DNA of 64,000 nucleotides from Chloroflexota bacterium (GTDB lineage Bacteria; Chloroflexota; UBA11872; VXOZ01). The position numbers and the translations under genes are program-made. Location of the stretch: the NCBI GenBank assembly GCA_963663275.1, contig OY760183.1, positions 928,001 through 992,000 of the forward strand, written 5' to 3'. Numbering within the stretch: the stretch's first letter is position 1; the number at the start of each line of letters is the position of its first letter. Below, one piece after another: positions 32,202 to 41,247 of this stretch. The notes under the pieces are model-generated. The model was given only the letters and a program-made list of their open reading frames with translations. It was not told the DNA's origin and searched no databases.

Positions 32202-33932
32202 CGCGCGCAGGGGCAAATCGTCATCTTCTACCAACCGGAAGAAAAGTGTCCGCCGCAGCGATCGATCCCCGCGGCATTGCAGATATTCGTCATCAACTCG
32301 ATAAGCGTCATCTTGCTTATGACGATTGTCGTGCGCGCCTCCGCGCAATCCGACGGGTATTTGGATTGGGTGATCTTCTCCGGACTGGCCCTCACCGGGC
32401 TCAGCATCATACTGCACGCGTTCCAGTCCCGCTACTTTGGGTCCGGCCGCCTGATCGTTACGAACTTCAACGTGCCGTTTTTGGCGGCCTCCGCGTTGGC
32501 GCTGGCCACGGGCGGGCCGGGGTTGCTGGCAAGCCTGGTCATCTGTTCAACGCTGATGCAATTCGTGCTGACCCTGCGCCTGGCCTCATTTCGCCAGGTA
32601 TTTACGCCGGCGGTTACGGGCACCGTGATCATGCTGGTGGCGCTCTCCGCCGTGCCGTTCATCGTGGAACGCACGATCGTGGCGCCGGAGGGCGTGCCGA
32701 TGCACATCTATCTGGCGCCCGGCGCGCTGGCGTTGGCGGTTGGCGCCGGCATCTATCTGCGCGGTTCGCAGGCCTTTCGCCTCTGGATATTGCCGATCAC
32801 GGTCGTTTCCGGCTTGGCGCTCGCCGTGCCCATGGGCATGTACGACATGGATCATGTGTTGGCGGCCCCCTGGTTCAGCCTGCCGGAGTTTACCTGGCAG
32901 GGCTTCAACTTTACCTTTGGCAGAGATTTCTGGCTGCTGCTGCCGGTCTTTCTCTGCGTGAACCTGACGGCCTACCTGAAGACGCTGGGAGACCTCTCGC
33001 TGGTCTATCAGGGGTCGTACCGCAATCCGACGGCGGTCGATCTTCGCACGGTGCAGAGCGGTCTCAACCTCTATGGCGTGAGCACGTTGGTGACCGGCGT
33101 GCTGGGAACGCTGCCGGTGACCGCGCCCTGGGCGGTCACGGTGGTGTACGTCAGCTTTACCGGTGTCGCGGCCAAGATCGTGGGGATATACTTGGGCCTC
33201 TTTACCATAGCGCTCGCGCCGCTATCCAAGCTGATCGCCCTCTTGGTTGCCATTCCCAGCCCGGTGGTGAGCGCGGTGTACGTGGTCATCTTCGGCATGC
33301 TCTTCGCCGAGGGCGCGAAAACCGCCTTCGGCGGCAAACCCGACCCCATACAGTTCGGGATTGCGGGTGTCTCGCTGGTTATGGGAATGACGGCCGGGAG
33401 CTTTGCCAGACTCCTGGCAGGCGTCGGCGAGGAACTGATAAGCAACGCGGTCGTCGTCGGCGGGGCGGTGGCCCTGGGCATGACGGTGTTCGCGCAGGTG
33501 ACGCGCCAGCGGCCCAAGCAGTTGCAGGTGGACCTGGAACCGGCCTCTTTGCCGGAAATCGACGGCTTTCTCGATGAATTCGCCTCAAGCCAAGGCTGGA
33601 CGGATGAGTCGGCCCAGCGGCTGCGCCTGGTAGGCGAAGAAGTGGCTTTGACATTCCTGGAAGAAGGCAATGATGAGGAAGCGGAACTAGTGAAGCGTAC
33701 GGTGGTTGCTACCGTGCAGCCGGAAGAAGAGTCCGCCGAGCTTGAATTCGTCGTCTTTACGGACGACACGGTCACGGGAAACATCGAAGACCAGATGGCC
33801 TACCTCAACGAGGACACCGCGGTCGAGGAAGCCCAGGAGTTCTCGATGCGCATCCTGCAGCACTACGCGGCCTCGGTGCGCCACCGCAAGTACCATGGGA
33901 TCGACGTCGTTGCCGTCCGAGTCGACAGCTAG
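32202..33932 (+). CDS. Xanthine/uracil permease (NCS2)-like transporter fused to a degenerate HATPase_c_2-like C-terminal domain; start codon unresolved
   Basis: FTPAVTGTVIML, many TM helices, soluble acidic C-terminus; family-like N-terminus YQPEEKCPP lies upstream of TTG 32277. Confidence 0.75.
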   Translation, partial: RAQGQIVIFYQPEEKCPPQRSIPAALQIFVINSISVILLMTIVVRASAQSDGYLDWVIFSGLALTGLSIILHAFQSRYFGSGRLIVTNFNVPFLAASALALATGGPGLLASLVICSTLMQFVLTLRLASFRQVFTPAVTGTVIMLVALSAVPFIVERTIVAPEGVPMHIYLAPGALALAVGAGIYLRGSQAFRLWILPITVVSGLALAVPMGMYDMDHVLAAPWFSLPEFTWQGFNFTFGRDFWLLLPVFLCVNLTAYLKTLGDLSLVYQGSYRNPTAVDLRTVQSGLNLYGVSTLVTGVLGTLPVTAPWAVTVVYVSFTGVAAKIVGIYLGLFTIALAPLSKLIALLVAIPSPVVSAVYVVIFGMLFAEGAKTAFGGKPDPIQFGIAGVSLVMGMTAGSFARLLAGVGEELISNAVVVGGAVALGMTVFAQVTRQRPKQLQVDLEPASLPEIDGFLDEFASSQGWTDESAQRLRLVGEEVALTFLEEGNDEEAELVKRTVVATVQPEEESAELEFVVFTDDTVTGNIEDQMAYLNEDTAVEEAQEFSMRILQHYAASVRHRKYHGIDVVAVRVDS

Positions 33933-33953
33933 CGCGCGCGGCCGCCGGACGCG

Positions 33954-35024
33954 CTAGCGTGCTTGCAAAGCGCGCACCACGGCGGCGGTGACCTCTTGCG
34001 TGGTGGCCGCCCCGCCCAGGTCCGGCGTGCGCGCGGCGCCGCTTGCCGTTACCGCTTCCATGGCGTCCATCACCAGTTCCCCCGCCTCGCGCTCGCCAAG
34101 AAACTCCAGCATCATCGCCCCGGCCCAGATGGCGGCCAGCGGATTGGCGATGCCTTGGCCGTGGATGTCCGGCGCGGAGCCGTGCACCGGCTCGAACATG
34201 GCCGGATGGCGGCGGGTGGGGTCGATGTTGGCGCTGGGCGGCAACCCCAAACTCCCTTGCAATGCCCCGCCCAGGTCGGTCAGGATGTCGGCAAAGAGGT
34301 TTGAGGCCACCACCACGTCGAATGACTCCGGATGGGTCACGAAGCGCGCCGCCGCGGCGTCCACGTGGTACTTACTGGTTTGAATGTCCGGATATTCTTG
34401 TGCCACGGACGAAAAAACTTCGTCCCAGAAGACCATGTTGTACTGCATGGCGTTGGACTTGGTGATGCTGGTGACGCCGGCGCGCCCGTGTGACCGGGCG
34501 TAGTCGAAGGCGTAGCGGATGATGCGCTCCACCGCCGTGCGGGTGAAGACGATATTCTGCAACGCCACCTCGTGGTCCGTGCCCACGTGCACGCGCCCGC
34601 CCACGCCGGAATACTCGCCTTCGGTGTTTTCCCGCACGCAGACGAAGTCGATCTCCTCAGGCCCTTTGCCGCGCAGCGGGCCGTCTATGCCCCGCAGCAG
34701 CTTGATGGGACGCAGGTTGACGTACTGCCGAAATGCCTTGCGAATCGGCAGCAGCAAGCCCCAGAGCGAGACGTGATCGGGCACCGTGGGGTAGCCTACC
34801 GCGCCCAGATAGATTGCCTGGAATTGCTCCAAAGTCTGGAGCGCGTCCGCCGGCATCATGCGGCCGTGTTCCAGATAGTACGCGCAGCCCCAAGGCAGGT
34901 CGGTGTATTTCAGCCGAAAGCCGCCGGTCACGGCGCCGGCGGCGTCGAGCGCCTGCTTCCCGGATTCGATTACGTCCGGTCCGATGCCGTCCCCGCCGAT
35001 AACGGCGATTTCATAGGTCCGCAT
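33954..35024 (-). CDS. Tartrate/D-malate dehydrogenase (isocitrate/isopropylmalate dehydrogenase family)
   Basis: GDGIGP, VPDHVSLWGLL, RENTEGEYS, SNLFADILTDL, MFEPVHGSAPDI. Confidence 0.9.
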   Translation of the reverse strand: MRTYEIAVIGGDGIGPDVIESGKQALDAAGAVTGGFRLKYTDLPWGCAYYLEHGRMMPADALQTLEQFQAIYLGAVGYPTVPDHVSLWGLLLPIRKAFRQYVNLRPIKLLRGIDGPLRGKGPEEIDFVCVRENTEGEYSGVGGRVHVGTDHEVALQNIVFTRTAVERIIRYAFDYARSHGRAGVTSITKSNAMQYNMVFWDEVFSSVAQEYPDIQTSKYHVDAAAARFVTHPESFDVVVASNLFADILTDLGGALQGSLGLPPSANIDPTRRHPAMFEPVHGSAPDIHGQGIANPLAAIWAGAMMLEFLGEREAGELVMDAMEAVTASGAARTPDLGGAATTQEVTAAVVRALQAR

Positions 35025-35170
35025 TTGGGCTAGTCCTCCTCATTTCGTGGTCGTGGGGTGTTCCAAGTCTGAATGTTCATGTGAATGGCGCCAATGCGCA
35101 TGGCGCGGGCCGCGCGGGTTTCGCCGCGCTCATCCGCATTCGGCCTCAGCGTAGCGCGGGGGCTTGTCCC

Positions 35171-35332
35171 CAATACTGTCGCATTAACGTAGCGCGGGGG
35201 CTTGTCCCCCGCCGGAACAAGAAAAATGAGAACGGAATGGATTGACCTTACGGAAGACGCAGGTTACAAACCTGCGCTACCGGAGAAACGAGCGTTGTTT
35301 TCACTCTCATTGTGTTTAATGCGACAGCATTG
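35171..35332. mobile_element. MITE-like element family 1, intact copy
   Basis: 17-bp TIR CAAT(A/G)CTGTCGCATTAA with 1 mismatch; exact 11-bp duplication GGGCTTGTCCC; removing element plus one copy restores a perfect REP-A. Confidence 0.85.
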
Positions 35333-35486
35333 GGGCTTGTCCCCCGCCGCCGCGCGGCAGACCCACACGCGCTTGGGCGCAAGCCGCCCACTGCCTCCGT
35401 ACGGCGCCCCGCGTCCATGCTATTCTATACGGAACAGCGAGCGCCAACGCGGTGATTGCGCTCTCTCCACGCGAAACCTAACGGCC

Positions 35487-36164
35487 ATGGATAAGCACAC
35501 ACCCTATTATGAACTGTTGGAGGCAATTCGCCAGTCCGGCTGCCCGGTCTGCCGGCTGGCGATCCGCAGCGGCGACCGCTTTCTGGAAACCTACTCCTAC
35601 GAGCACGTCAACGACATCGAGATCCGCGAACTGGTGCGCGCGGCCAAGGGCTTCTGCCACCATCACACCTGGCGGCTCTTCCACAAGCACAGCCCGCTGG
35701 GCACGGCCCTGACCTACTTCGACATACTCGGCGAGGCGTCCCAGCAAATCGCCGCGGCCAGGGAGCGGCAGGGTCTTCTGAGCAGCCTGGCCGGGCGCGT
35801 GCGCAAAGGGCTGACGCCCCAGGGAACCTGCCTGGGCTGCGACGCGCAGGGCAATGCCGAGCAGCGCCACCTGGGGTTGCTGGTGGAAACCTTGCGCGGT
35901 GATCGTGAGGGCCAGGAGACGTACGCACGTTCCGACGGCCTCTGCCTGCTCCACCTGCGTACCGCGCTGCGCTCCCGCCCCGGGCGCGAGGCGACGGATA
36001 TCCTGCTGCGCGTGCAGGAGAAGCGCATCGCCGCCGTGCGCGAACAGATGAGCGAGATCGTGCGCAAAGCCGACTACCGGGTGAAAGACCGGGTGACGGC
36101 GGACGACATCGCCAGCCTGCCCGCGGCCCTCGCGCAGGTGGTGGGACAGGAAGCGTTGGACTGA
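35487..36164 (+). CDS. DUF6062-like Cys/His-rich protein
   Basis: CPVC...GFCHHH and CLGC...GLCLLH repeated motifs. Confidence 0.75.
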   Translation: MDKHTPYYELLEAIRQSGCPVCRLAIRSGDRFLETYSYEHVNDIEIRELVRAAKGFCHHHTWRLFHKHSPLGTALTYFDILGEASQQIAAARERQGLLSSLAGRVRKGLTPQGTCLGCDAQGNAEQRHLGLLVETLRGDREGQETYARSDGLCLLHLRTALRSRPGREATDILLRVQEKRIAAVREQMSEIVRKADYRVKDRVTADDIASLPAALAQVVGQEALD

Positions 36165-36207
36165 TTCCGTCGCGGATGCGGAGTGTAGTTGGGGGAGAAG
36201 AAGAGAT

Positions 36208-36903
36208 ATGCGATACGAGCGTATGCTGCCCGCCGAGATCGAGGAGCAATTGCGGTCGCGGCCCATCGCCATTCTGCCCTGGGGCGCGTTCGAGTGGCAC
36301 GGCTACCACATGGCAATCGGACAGGACGCGCTGAAAGCCCAGGGCATCGCCGACCGTTGCGCGGAAGCGGCCGGCGCGCTCTCCCTGCCGGTGGTGTGGT
36401 GCGGCTTCCAGACTATGAAGCCCCACGCCGGTTTCAAGCACACGCTGGAGTTTCGCGACGAGACCGTGCGCACGCTGGCGCGCGAGTTCATCGAGCAACT
36501 GGACGACGAGGGTTTCAAGGTGATCGTCATCATCACCGGGCACTACGGCTCGCTGCACGTGCGCGGCCTCAAAGAGGTGGCCGAGTGGTACGAACGCAAT
36601 CATCCCGGCGTGCGGGTCTGGGCGTTCCCGGAATACGAGGTGGTGAAAGATCTCGGCTACACCGGCGACCACGCCGGCAAGTGGGAAACCTCCATCTTCA
36701 TGCACCTGCACCCGGAACTCACCGACATGAGCCGCTACCGCACGGACCTGACCATGAAAGAACAGGGCTGCGGCGGCGAAGACCCCTCTGTGCACGCTTC
36801 AGCGGAGCTTGGCGAGATGATCGTCAATGCCATCGTGGAGCGGGTGGCGGCGCGCTGCGGCGAACTGCTGGCTGAGGTGGAAGAATCCAACACCGGCGCA
36901 TAG
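36208..36903 (+). CDS. Creatininase family amidohydrolase
   Basis: LPWGAFEWHGYHMAIGQD, TGHYG, DHAGKWETS. Confidence 0.9.
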   Translation: MRYERMLPAEIEEQLRSRPIAILPWGAFEWHGYHMAIGQDALKAQGIADRCAEAAGALSLPVVWCGFQTMKPHAGFKHTLEFRDETVRTLAREFIEQLDDEGFKVIVIITGHYGSLHVRGLKEVAEWYERNHPGVRVWAFPEYEVVKDLGYTGDHAGKWETSIFMHLHPELTDMSRYRTDLTMKEQGCGGEDPSVHASAELGEMIVNAIVERVAARCGELLAEVEESNTGA

Positions 36904-36922
36904 CGCGCAACCGGAGCGCCGC

Positions 36923-37474
36923 TTACAGCCGTCCGTCGCACGTGTCGGCGGCCCACAGTCCCCGGCCGGCGGCGCGCGCCTCCGCTTCCGCCGCCTGGAA
37001 CGCGCTCTGGTACCGGTATGGCGCGCTGTAGGTGAATTCACGCGCGTAGCCCTGGCGCACCAGCCACTCGTTCACGTGCGTGTCGCCGACCCAGACGTAG
37101 GCCAGCAGCCGGTCGTAGCGGTCGCGCCGGCCCTGGGAGGCGTCGAACTCCAGGCGCACGGTCTGCCCGGCCAGCAGCGCCTCGGCCTGCGCGCCGGCCT
37201 GGGAACCGAAGCACTGCGCCGGCCGCCCCGGCGCGTTCGTTTCCGGCGCGTCGATGCCGATGAGGCGCACGCTCTCGACCTTGCCGTTCATGCGCACGTT
37301 CACGGTATCGCCGTCTACGACAGAGACAACCCGATAGCTGCCGTCCGCGCCGCCGCAGGTTCTGTGCGCGAACACGGCAATGAGCAGCGCCGCAGCCAAC
37401 AGCGCGAAACCGCGTCCGCTCACGAGACGCCCCGCCGCTCTTCGCGCTATGCGCCGCCGCCGCGCTCGCCGCAC
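36923..37474 (-). CDS. Thermonuclease (SNase) family protein; start uncertain
   Basis: VVDGDT, VRLIGIDAPE, DRYDRLLAYV, GRGLW. Confidence 0.92.
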   Translation of the reverse strand: MRRARRRRIARRAAGRLVSGRGFALLAAALLIAVFAHRTCGGADGSYRVVSVVDGDTVNVRMNGKVESVRLIGIDAPETNAPGRPAQCFGSQAGAQAEALLAGQTVRLEFDASQGRRDRYDRLLAYVWVGDTHVNEWLVRQGYAREFTYSAPYRYQSAFQAAEAEARAAGRGLWAADTCDGRL

Positions 37475-37621
37475 GTGCTCTACCTTTCACGAGGTTGGAT
37501 CACGTGCCAATACTAGCAGCAATGGGTGAACGCGGTGAGCCAGCAGGCGCGGCCAGCACACTGGTCGTTGGCTGCGGCCTGTGGCTGTACGCCGTCGGAA
37601 ACCGCAAGTGATGTCCTAGGC

Positions 37622-38626
37622 TCAGGCCATCCGGTCGTACGTTTCCAGCGTAATCGAGTAGCGCAGCGGCTCGTCGCGCAGGAAGCGTTCTAATTCGTCC
37701 ACCATGGCCGCGCCCTGGCGCATGCGCGTATCGTCGGCCTGGCCCGCCATGTGGGGCGTCAGGAAGACGTTTTCCATGCCGCGCAGCGGGCTATCCGGGG
37801 GCAGCGGCTCTGGGTTGAACACGTCCAGCACCGCGCGAATGCGGCCGGTAGCCAGTTCGGCAATCATGGCGTCCTGGTCTACGGCCCGCGCCCGGGCGTT
37901 GTTGACGAACACCGCGCCGTCTGGCAGCGACTGGAAGTGCTCTGTCGTCACCATGCCGTCGGTTTCCGGGGTGGTGGGCGCGTGATTGGCGATGACGCTG
38001 CACGTACTGAAGAGTTCTTCCAGGGAAACCCGCGTGACGCCGAGTTCAGCCGCGCGTTCATCCGGCAGATACGGGTCGTAGACGCTGATCGGCATGCCAA
38101 AGCCCTGTAGCTTGGTTATCACGCGCCGCGCCACGTAGCCGCAGCCAATCAGGCCCACGCGCTGCGCTTCCAGCAGATGGCCGCCGGTGGCGCGGGTCTC
38201 CGACCAGGGCCTGCCCTCATGCATCCAGGCGTTCTGGCGGTGCGGCCAGCGCAGCCCCAGCAACATGCCGAACACCGTGAATTCCGCCACCGCTTCCGCA
38301 ATCAACGGCGCGGCGTGGGTGACGGCAATGCCTTGCGCCAGCGCCGCCTTGGGGATGAGACGCCGGACGCTGCCGGCGCTGTGGGCGATGATGCGCAAGT
38401 CGCGCGCGGCTTCCAAGACTGCGGGCGTGATATCCGGCGTGCCCCAGCCGGTGAGCAAGGCCGTGCAGCCGCCGATGCGTTCCGCCAGGTCCGCGCTCGT
38501 TAGCCTGTCGTCATGGTCGCCGCCGCGCACTTTGAAGGCCGCGGCCAGGCGCTCCTCGCTCTCCGGTGAGAAGAGGCTTTGGCGCAAGGTCTGGGTGATG
38601 GCGATGAATACTTCCGGTTTCGGCAC
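37622..38626 (-). CDS. D-2-hydroxyacid dehydrogenase family protein
   Basis: HSAGSV, GLIGCGYVA, FVNNARA, LDVFNPEP, LTPHMAG. Confidence 0.9.
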   Translation of the reverse strand: MPKPEVFIAITQTLRQSLFSPESEERLAAAFKVRGGDHDDRLTSADLAERIGGCTALLTGWGTPDITPAVLEAARDLRIIAHSAGSVRRLIPKAALAQGIAVTHAAPLIAEAVAEFTVFGMLLGLRWPHRQNAWMHEGRPWSETRATGGHLLEAQRVGLIGCGYVARRVITKLQGFGMPISVYDPYLPDERAAELGVTRVSLEELFSTCSVIANHAPTTPETDGMVTTEHFQSLPDGAVFVNNARARAVDQDAMIAELATGRIRAVLDVFNPEPLPPDSPLRGMENVFLTPHMAGQADDTRMRQGAAMVDELERFLRDEPLRYSITLETYDRMA

Positions 38627-38712
38627 TGGATTACTCTCCCTGATGCGGCGACGGTGGAGTCAGGTTGTGTATCCCGTATGCTAACAGAAACGGCGGTTGG
38701 GGGATGCGCAGG

Positions 38713-39140
38713 CCGCCTGCGCGCCGCGCCTAACCGCCTGCGCGCCGTGCCGTAACCGCCTGCGCGCCGTGCCGTAACCGCCTGCGCGCCGTGCCGTAAC
38801 CGCCTGCGCGCCGTGCCGTACCGCCTGCCGCGCAAGGATGGCCCGGTGCGGTCGCATTGTAATCCGCCGGTAGGGGCACGACATGTCGTGCCCCTACCGG
38901 TGCCGCGCGACGGCGCGCAACACCACCCACGCGATGCCCCGCGCGCAACGGCACGCAACGCGCCCCGCGCGGCGGCACGCAACACCATCTGCGCGGTGGC
39001 AAGCAACGCGCCCCTCACTGCGGCAGGCAACGCGCCCCGCACGGCGGCACCCAACACCACCTGCGCGGTGGCAGGCAGCACCACCGGCGCAACGGCACAC
39101 AACATCACCCCCCGCAACGGCGCGCAACGCGCCACCCCCG
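38713..39140. repeat. 22-bp tandem repeat, GTAGGGGCACGACATGTCGTGCCCCTAC palindrome, and degenerate ~24-bp tandem repeat
   Basis: (TAACCGCCTGCGCGCCGTGCCG)x4 plus partials 38713-38832; palindrome 38867-38900; CGGCACGCAACGCGCCCC-like units 38905-39140. Confidence 0.85.
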
Positions 39141-39194
39141 GTCGGCGCGGCCTTACCGCTCTATACCGGCGCACTCCATCGGCTCGCGATTTCC

Positions 39195-39223
39195 TTGACT
39201 ACGACCATATCCTCTTGTATGCT
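39195..39223 (+). promoter_or_regulatory. Sigma70 promoter TTGACT-17-TATGCT
   Basis: Near-consensus hexamers upstream of RBS GAGGAGGAGG. Confidence 0.7.
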
Positions 39224-39267
39224 TACTTAGGTAGTTGAATCTGCATTAAATTGAGGAGGAGGACGCA

Positions 39268-40548
39268 ATGTCGCGTTACGTGCAAGCGTTGAAGCTATTG
39301 CTCGCGGCCAGCCTGCTTTTGCTGGCGGCGTGCGCCAGCGAGCCGGCCGCGGCGCCGGAAGCTACGGAAGAAGAAGCCCCGGCCGCCGCCCCGGTCAAGA
39401 TTGGCGTGCTGCTGCCCTTTACCGGTCCGCTGGGCGAATTTGGCGCGGCCTTCCAGAAGGCGGCGGCGCTGGCCGAAGAGCACCTGGCGCAGGGCGGCTA
39501 TCCGGTTGAAATCGTCTATGGCGATACCGAAACCAACCCCACAGCGGCTGTCGAGGCCGCCCGCAAGCTGGTGGACGTGGACCAGGTGCACGCGGTGATT
39601 GGCGCCGCGGCCAGCAGTTCCAGTCTGGCGGTGGCTGAGGCGGTGACCATCCCCAAGGGCGTGCCGCAGATTTCGTACGCCTCTACGTCCCCGCTGCTTA
39701 CCATCCTGCCCGCCGACGAGGGCCAGGACTTCCTCTTCCGCACGGTGCCCTCTGACGCGCTGCAAGGCGTGGTGCTGGCGGGCGTGGCGGTGGAGCAGGG
39801 CTACAGCAACGTGGCCATTCTCTACGTCAACAACCCCTACGGCCAGGGCTTGAAGGATAATTTCCAGGCCGCGTTCGAGGCGGCGGGCGGCACGGTGAGC
39901 GCCGCGGTGCCCCACGACGAAGCGGAAGCCACCACCTACGTGGCGGAACTGCGCAAGGCGATTGAGGGCGAGCCGGAAGTGCTGCTGGCGCTGAGCTACG
40001 CCGGCCACGCTACCATCTACCTGCGCGAAGCCATCGAGAACGACTTCATCACCAAGTTCCTCTTCGTGGACGGCACCAAGTCTCAGGAAATCATCGAGGC
40101 CGTGGGCGCGGAGAACTTGGAAGGTATGCTCGGCACGGCACCCGGCTCGGCCGACACCCCGTCGCTGGAACTCTTCACGGCGGACTATCAGGCCATGTAC
40201 GGTGAGTTGCCGCCGCTGCCGTTCATGACCAACGTCTACGATTCGATTGTCATCGCGGCGCTGGCGGCGCTGGCGGTGGAGGTTTCCGGCGCGGAGGTTA
40301 CGCCGGCCGCGGTGCGCGACATGCTGCGCACGGTCGCCAATCCTGACGGCGACGCGGCGGCGGCCGGCGCGGCCGGAGTGAAGGCGGCCATCGAGGCCGT
40401 CCGCGCCGGCAATAGCATCAACTACGAAGGCGCCGCGGGCGCGCACGACTTCGACGCCAACGGCGACGTGGCTACGCCGATCGAGGTTTGGAAGTACGCC
40501 GGCGGCAGCATCGAAAGCGTCCGCATGGAAGAGGTCACGGTAGAGTAG
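39268..40548 (+). CDS. Branched-chain amino acid type ABC substrate-binding lipoprotein (orphan)
   Basis: Lipobox LAAC; KIGVLLPFTG, ISYASTSP, FFRT-like LFRTVPSD, YEGA.G..DFDANGD. Confidence 0.9.
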   Translation: MSRYVQALKLLLAASLLLLAACASEPAAAPEATEEEAPAAAPVKIGVLLPFTGPLGEFGAAFQKAAALAEEHLAQGGYPVEIVYGDTETNPTAAVEAARKLVDVDQVHAVIGAAASSSSLAVAEAVTIPKGVPQISYASTSPLLTILPADEGQDFLFRTVPSDALQGVVLAGVAVEQGYSNVAILYVNNPYGQGLKDNFQAAFEAAGGTVSAAVPHDEAEATTYVAELRKAIEGEPEVLLALSYAGHATIYLREAIENDFITKFLFVDGTKSQEIIEAVGAENLEGMLGTAPGSADTPSLELFTADYQAMYGELPPLPFMTNVYDSIVIAALAALAVEVSGAEVTPAAVRDMLRTVANPDGDAAAAGAAGVKAAIEAVRAGNSINYEGAAGAHDFDANGDVATPIEVWKYAGGSIESVRMEEVTVE

Positions 40549-40580
40549 CCGGTCCTTGGAACAGTTTGGGCGAATTCGAT

Positions 40581-40607
40581 GGAGGGCTGGCATACCGCCA
40601 GCCCTCC
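40581..40607 (+). terminator. Hairpin, probable terminator
   Basis: GGAGGGCTGGC / GCCAGCCCTCC stem; weak U-tract. Confidence 0.55.
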
Positions 40608-40743
40608 GTGATTTCCTGGCAGTCGTAACCCTTTAGGCCGTTATCCCTGGTCGATTACTGCCAAAGAGCGTTCATGCTTCGACAAGCTCAGCACGAACGG
40701 TTATGTGCGTTCTGACCCCCCTGAATTCAAGCGCAACAGAGTT

Positions 40744-40925
40744 GTAGCGGGGGCTTGTCGCAAATGCTGTCGCGTTACCGTAGCGCGAGGGCCTATCGCA
40801 ATTGCTGTCGCATTACCGTAGCGCGGGGGCTTGTCCCCCGCTCCGGGTTCGAGAGCGAGATAGCCCAGGAGCGCGGTGGCTAATCGCAAATACTGTCGCG
40901 TTCCCGTAGCGCGAGGGCTTGTCCC
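40744..40925. repeat. Stack of half-REP-A plus family-1 MITE end units
   Basis: Three [GCTTGTCGC-like][AAATGCTGTCGCGTTACC][GTAGCGCG] junctions. Confidence 0.7.
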
Positions 40926-41103
40926 TAATGCTGTCGCATTAGACGCGATGAACATGAAAAATACGCTCGTCTCTCCAGTAGCGCAGGTTCGCACGGGAGG
41001 TGCGCATAACCTGCGTATTCCGTAAGGTCAGTCCATTCCGTTCTCACTTTGCTTGTTCCGGCGGGGGACAAGCCCCCCGCGCTACGTATACGAGGCAGTA
41101 TTT
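40926..41103. mobile_element. MITE-like element family 1
   Basis: Left TIR TAATGCTGTCGCATTAG, degenerate right TIR, exact GGGCTTGTCCC duplication at 40915-40925 and 41104-41114. Confidence 0.8.
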
Positions 41104-41247
41104 GGGCTTGTCCCCCGCTCCGGGTTCGAGTGCGAGACAAGCCGCGAGGTGCCACGCCAACGCTCCGCAAAGTCTATAATCAAGGGAGAAGTACGTGCCC
41201 TGAACCACTTCACCAAGAGCAGCAGCGATTAGAGGAGATACCACCGC

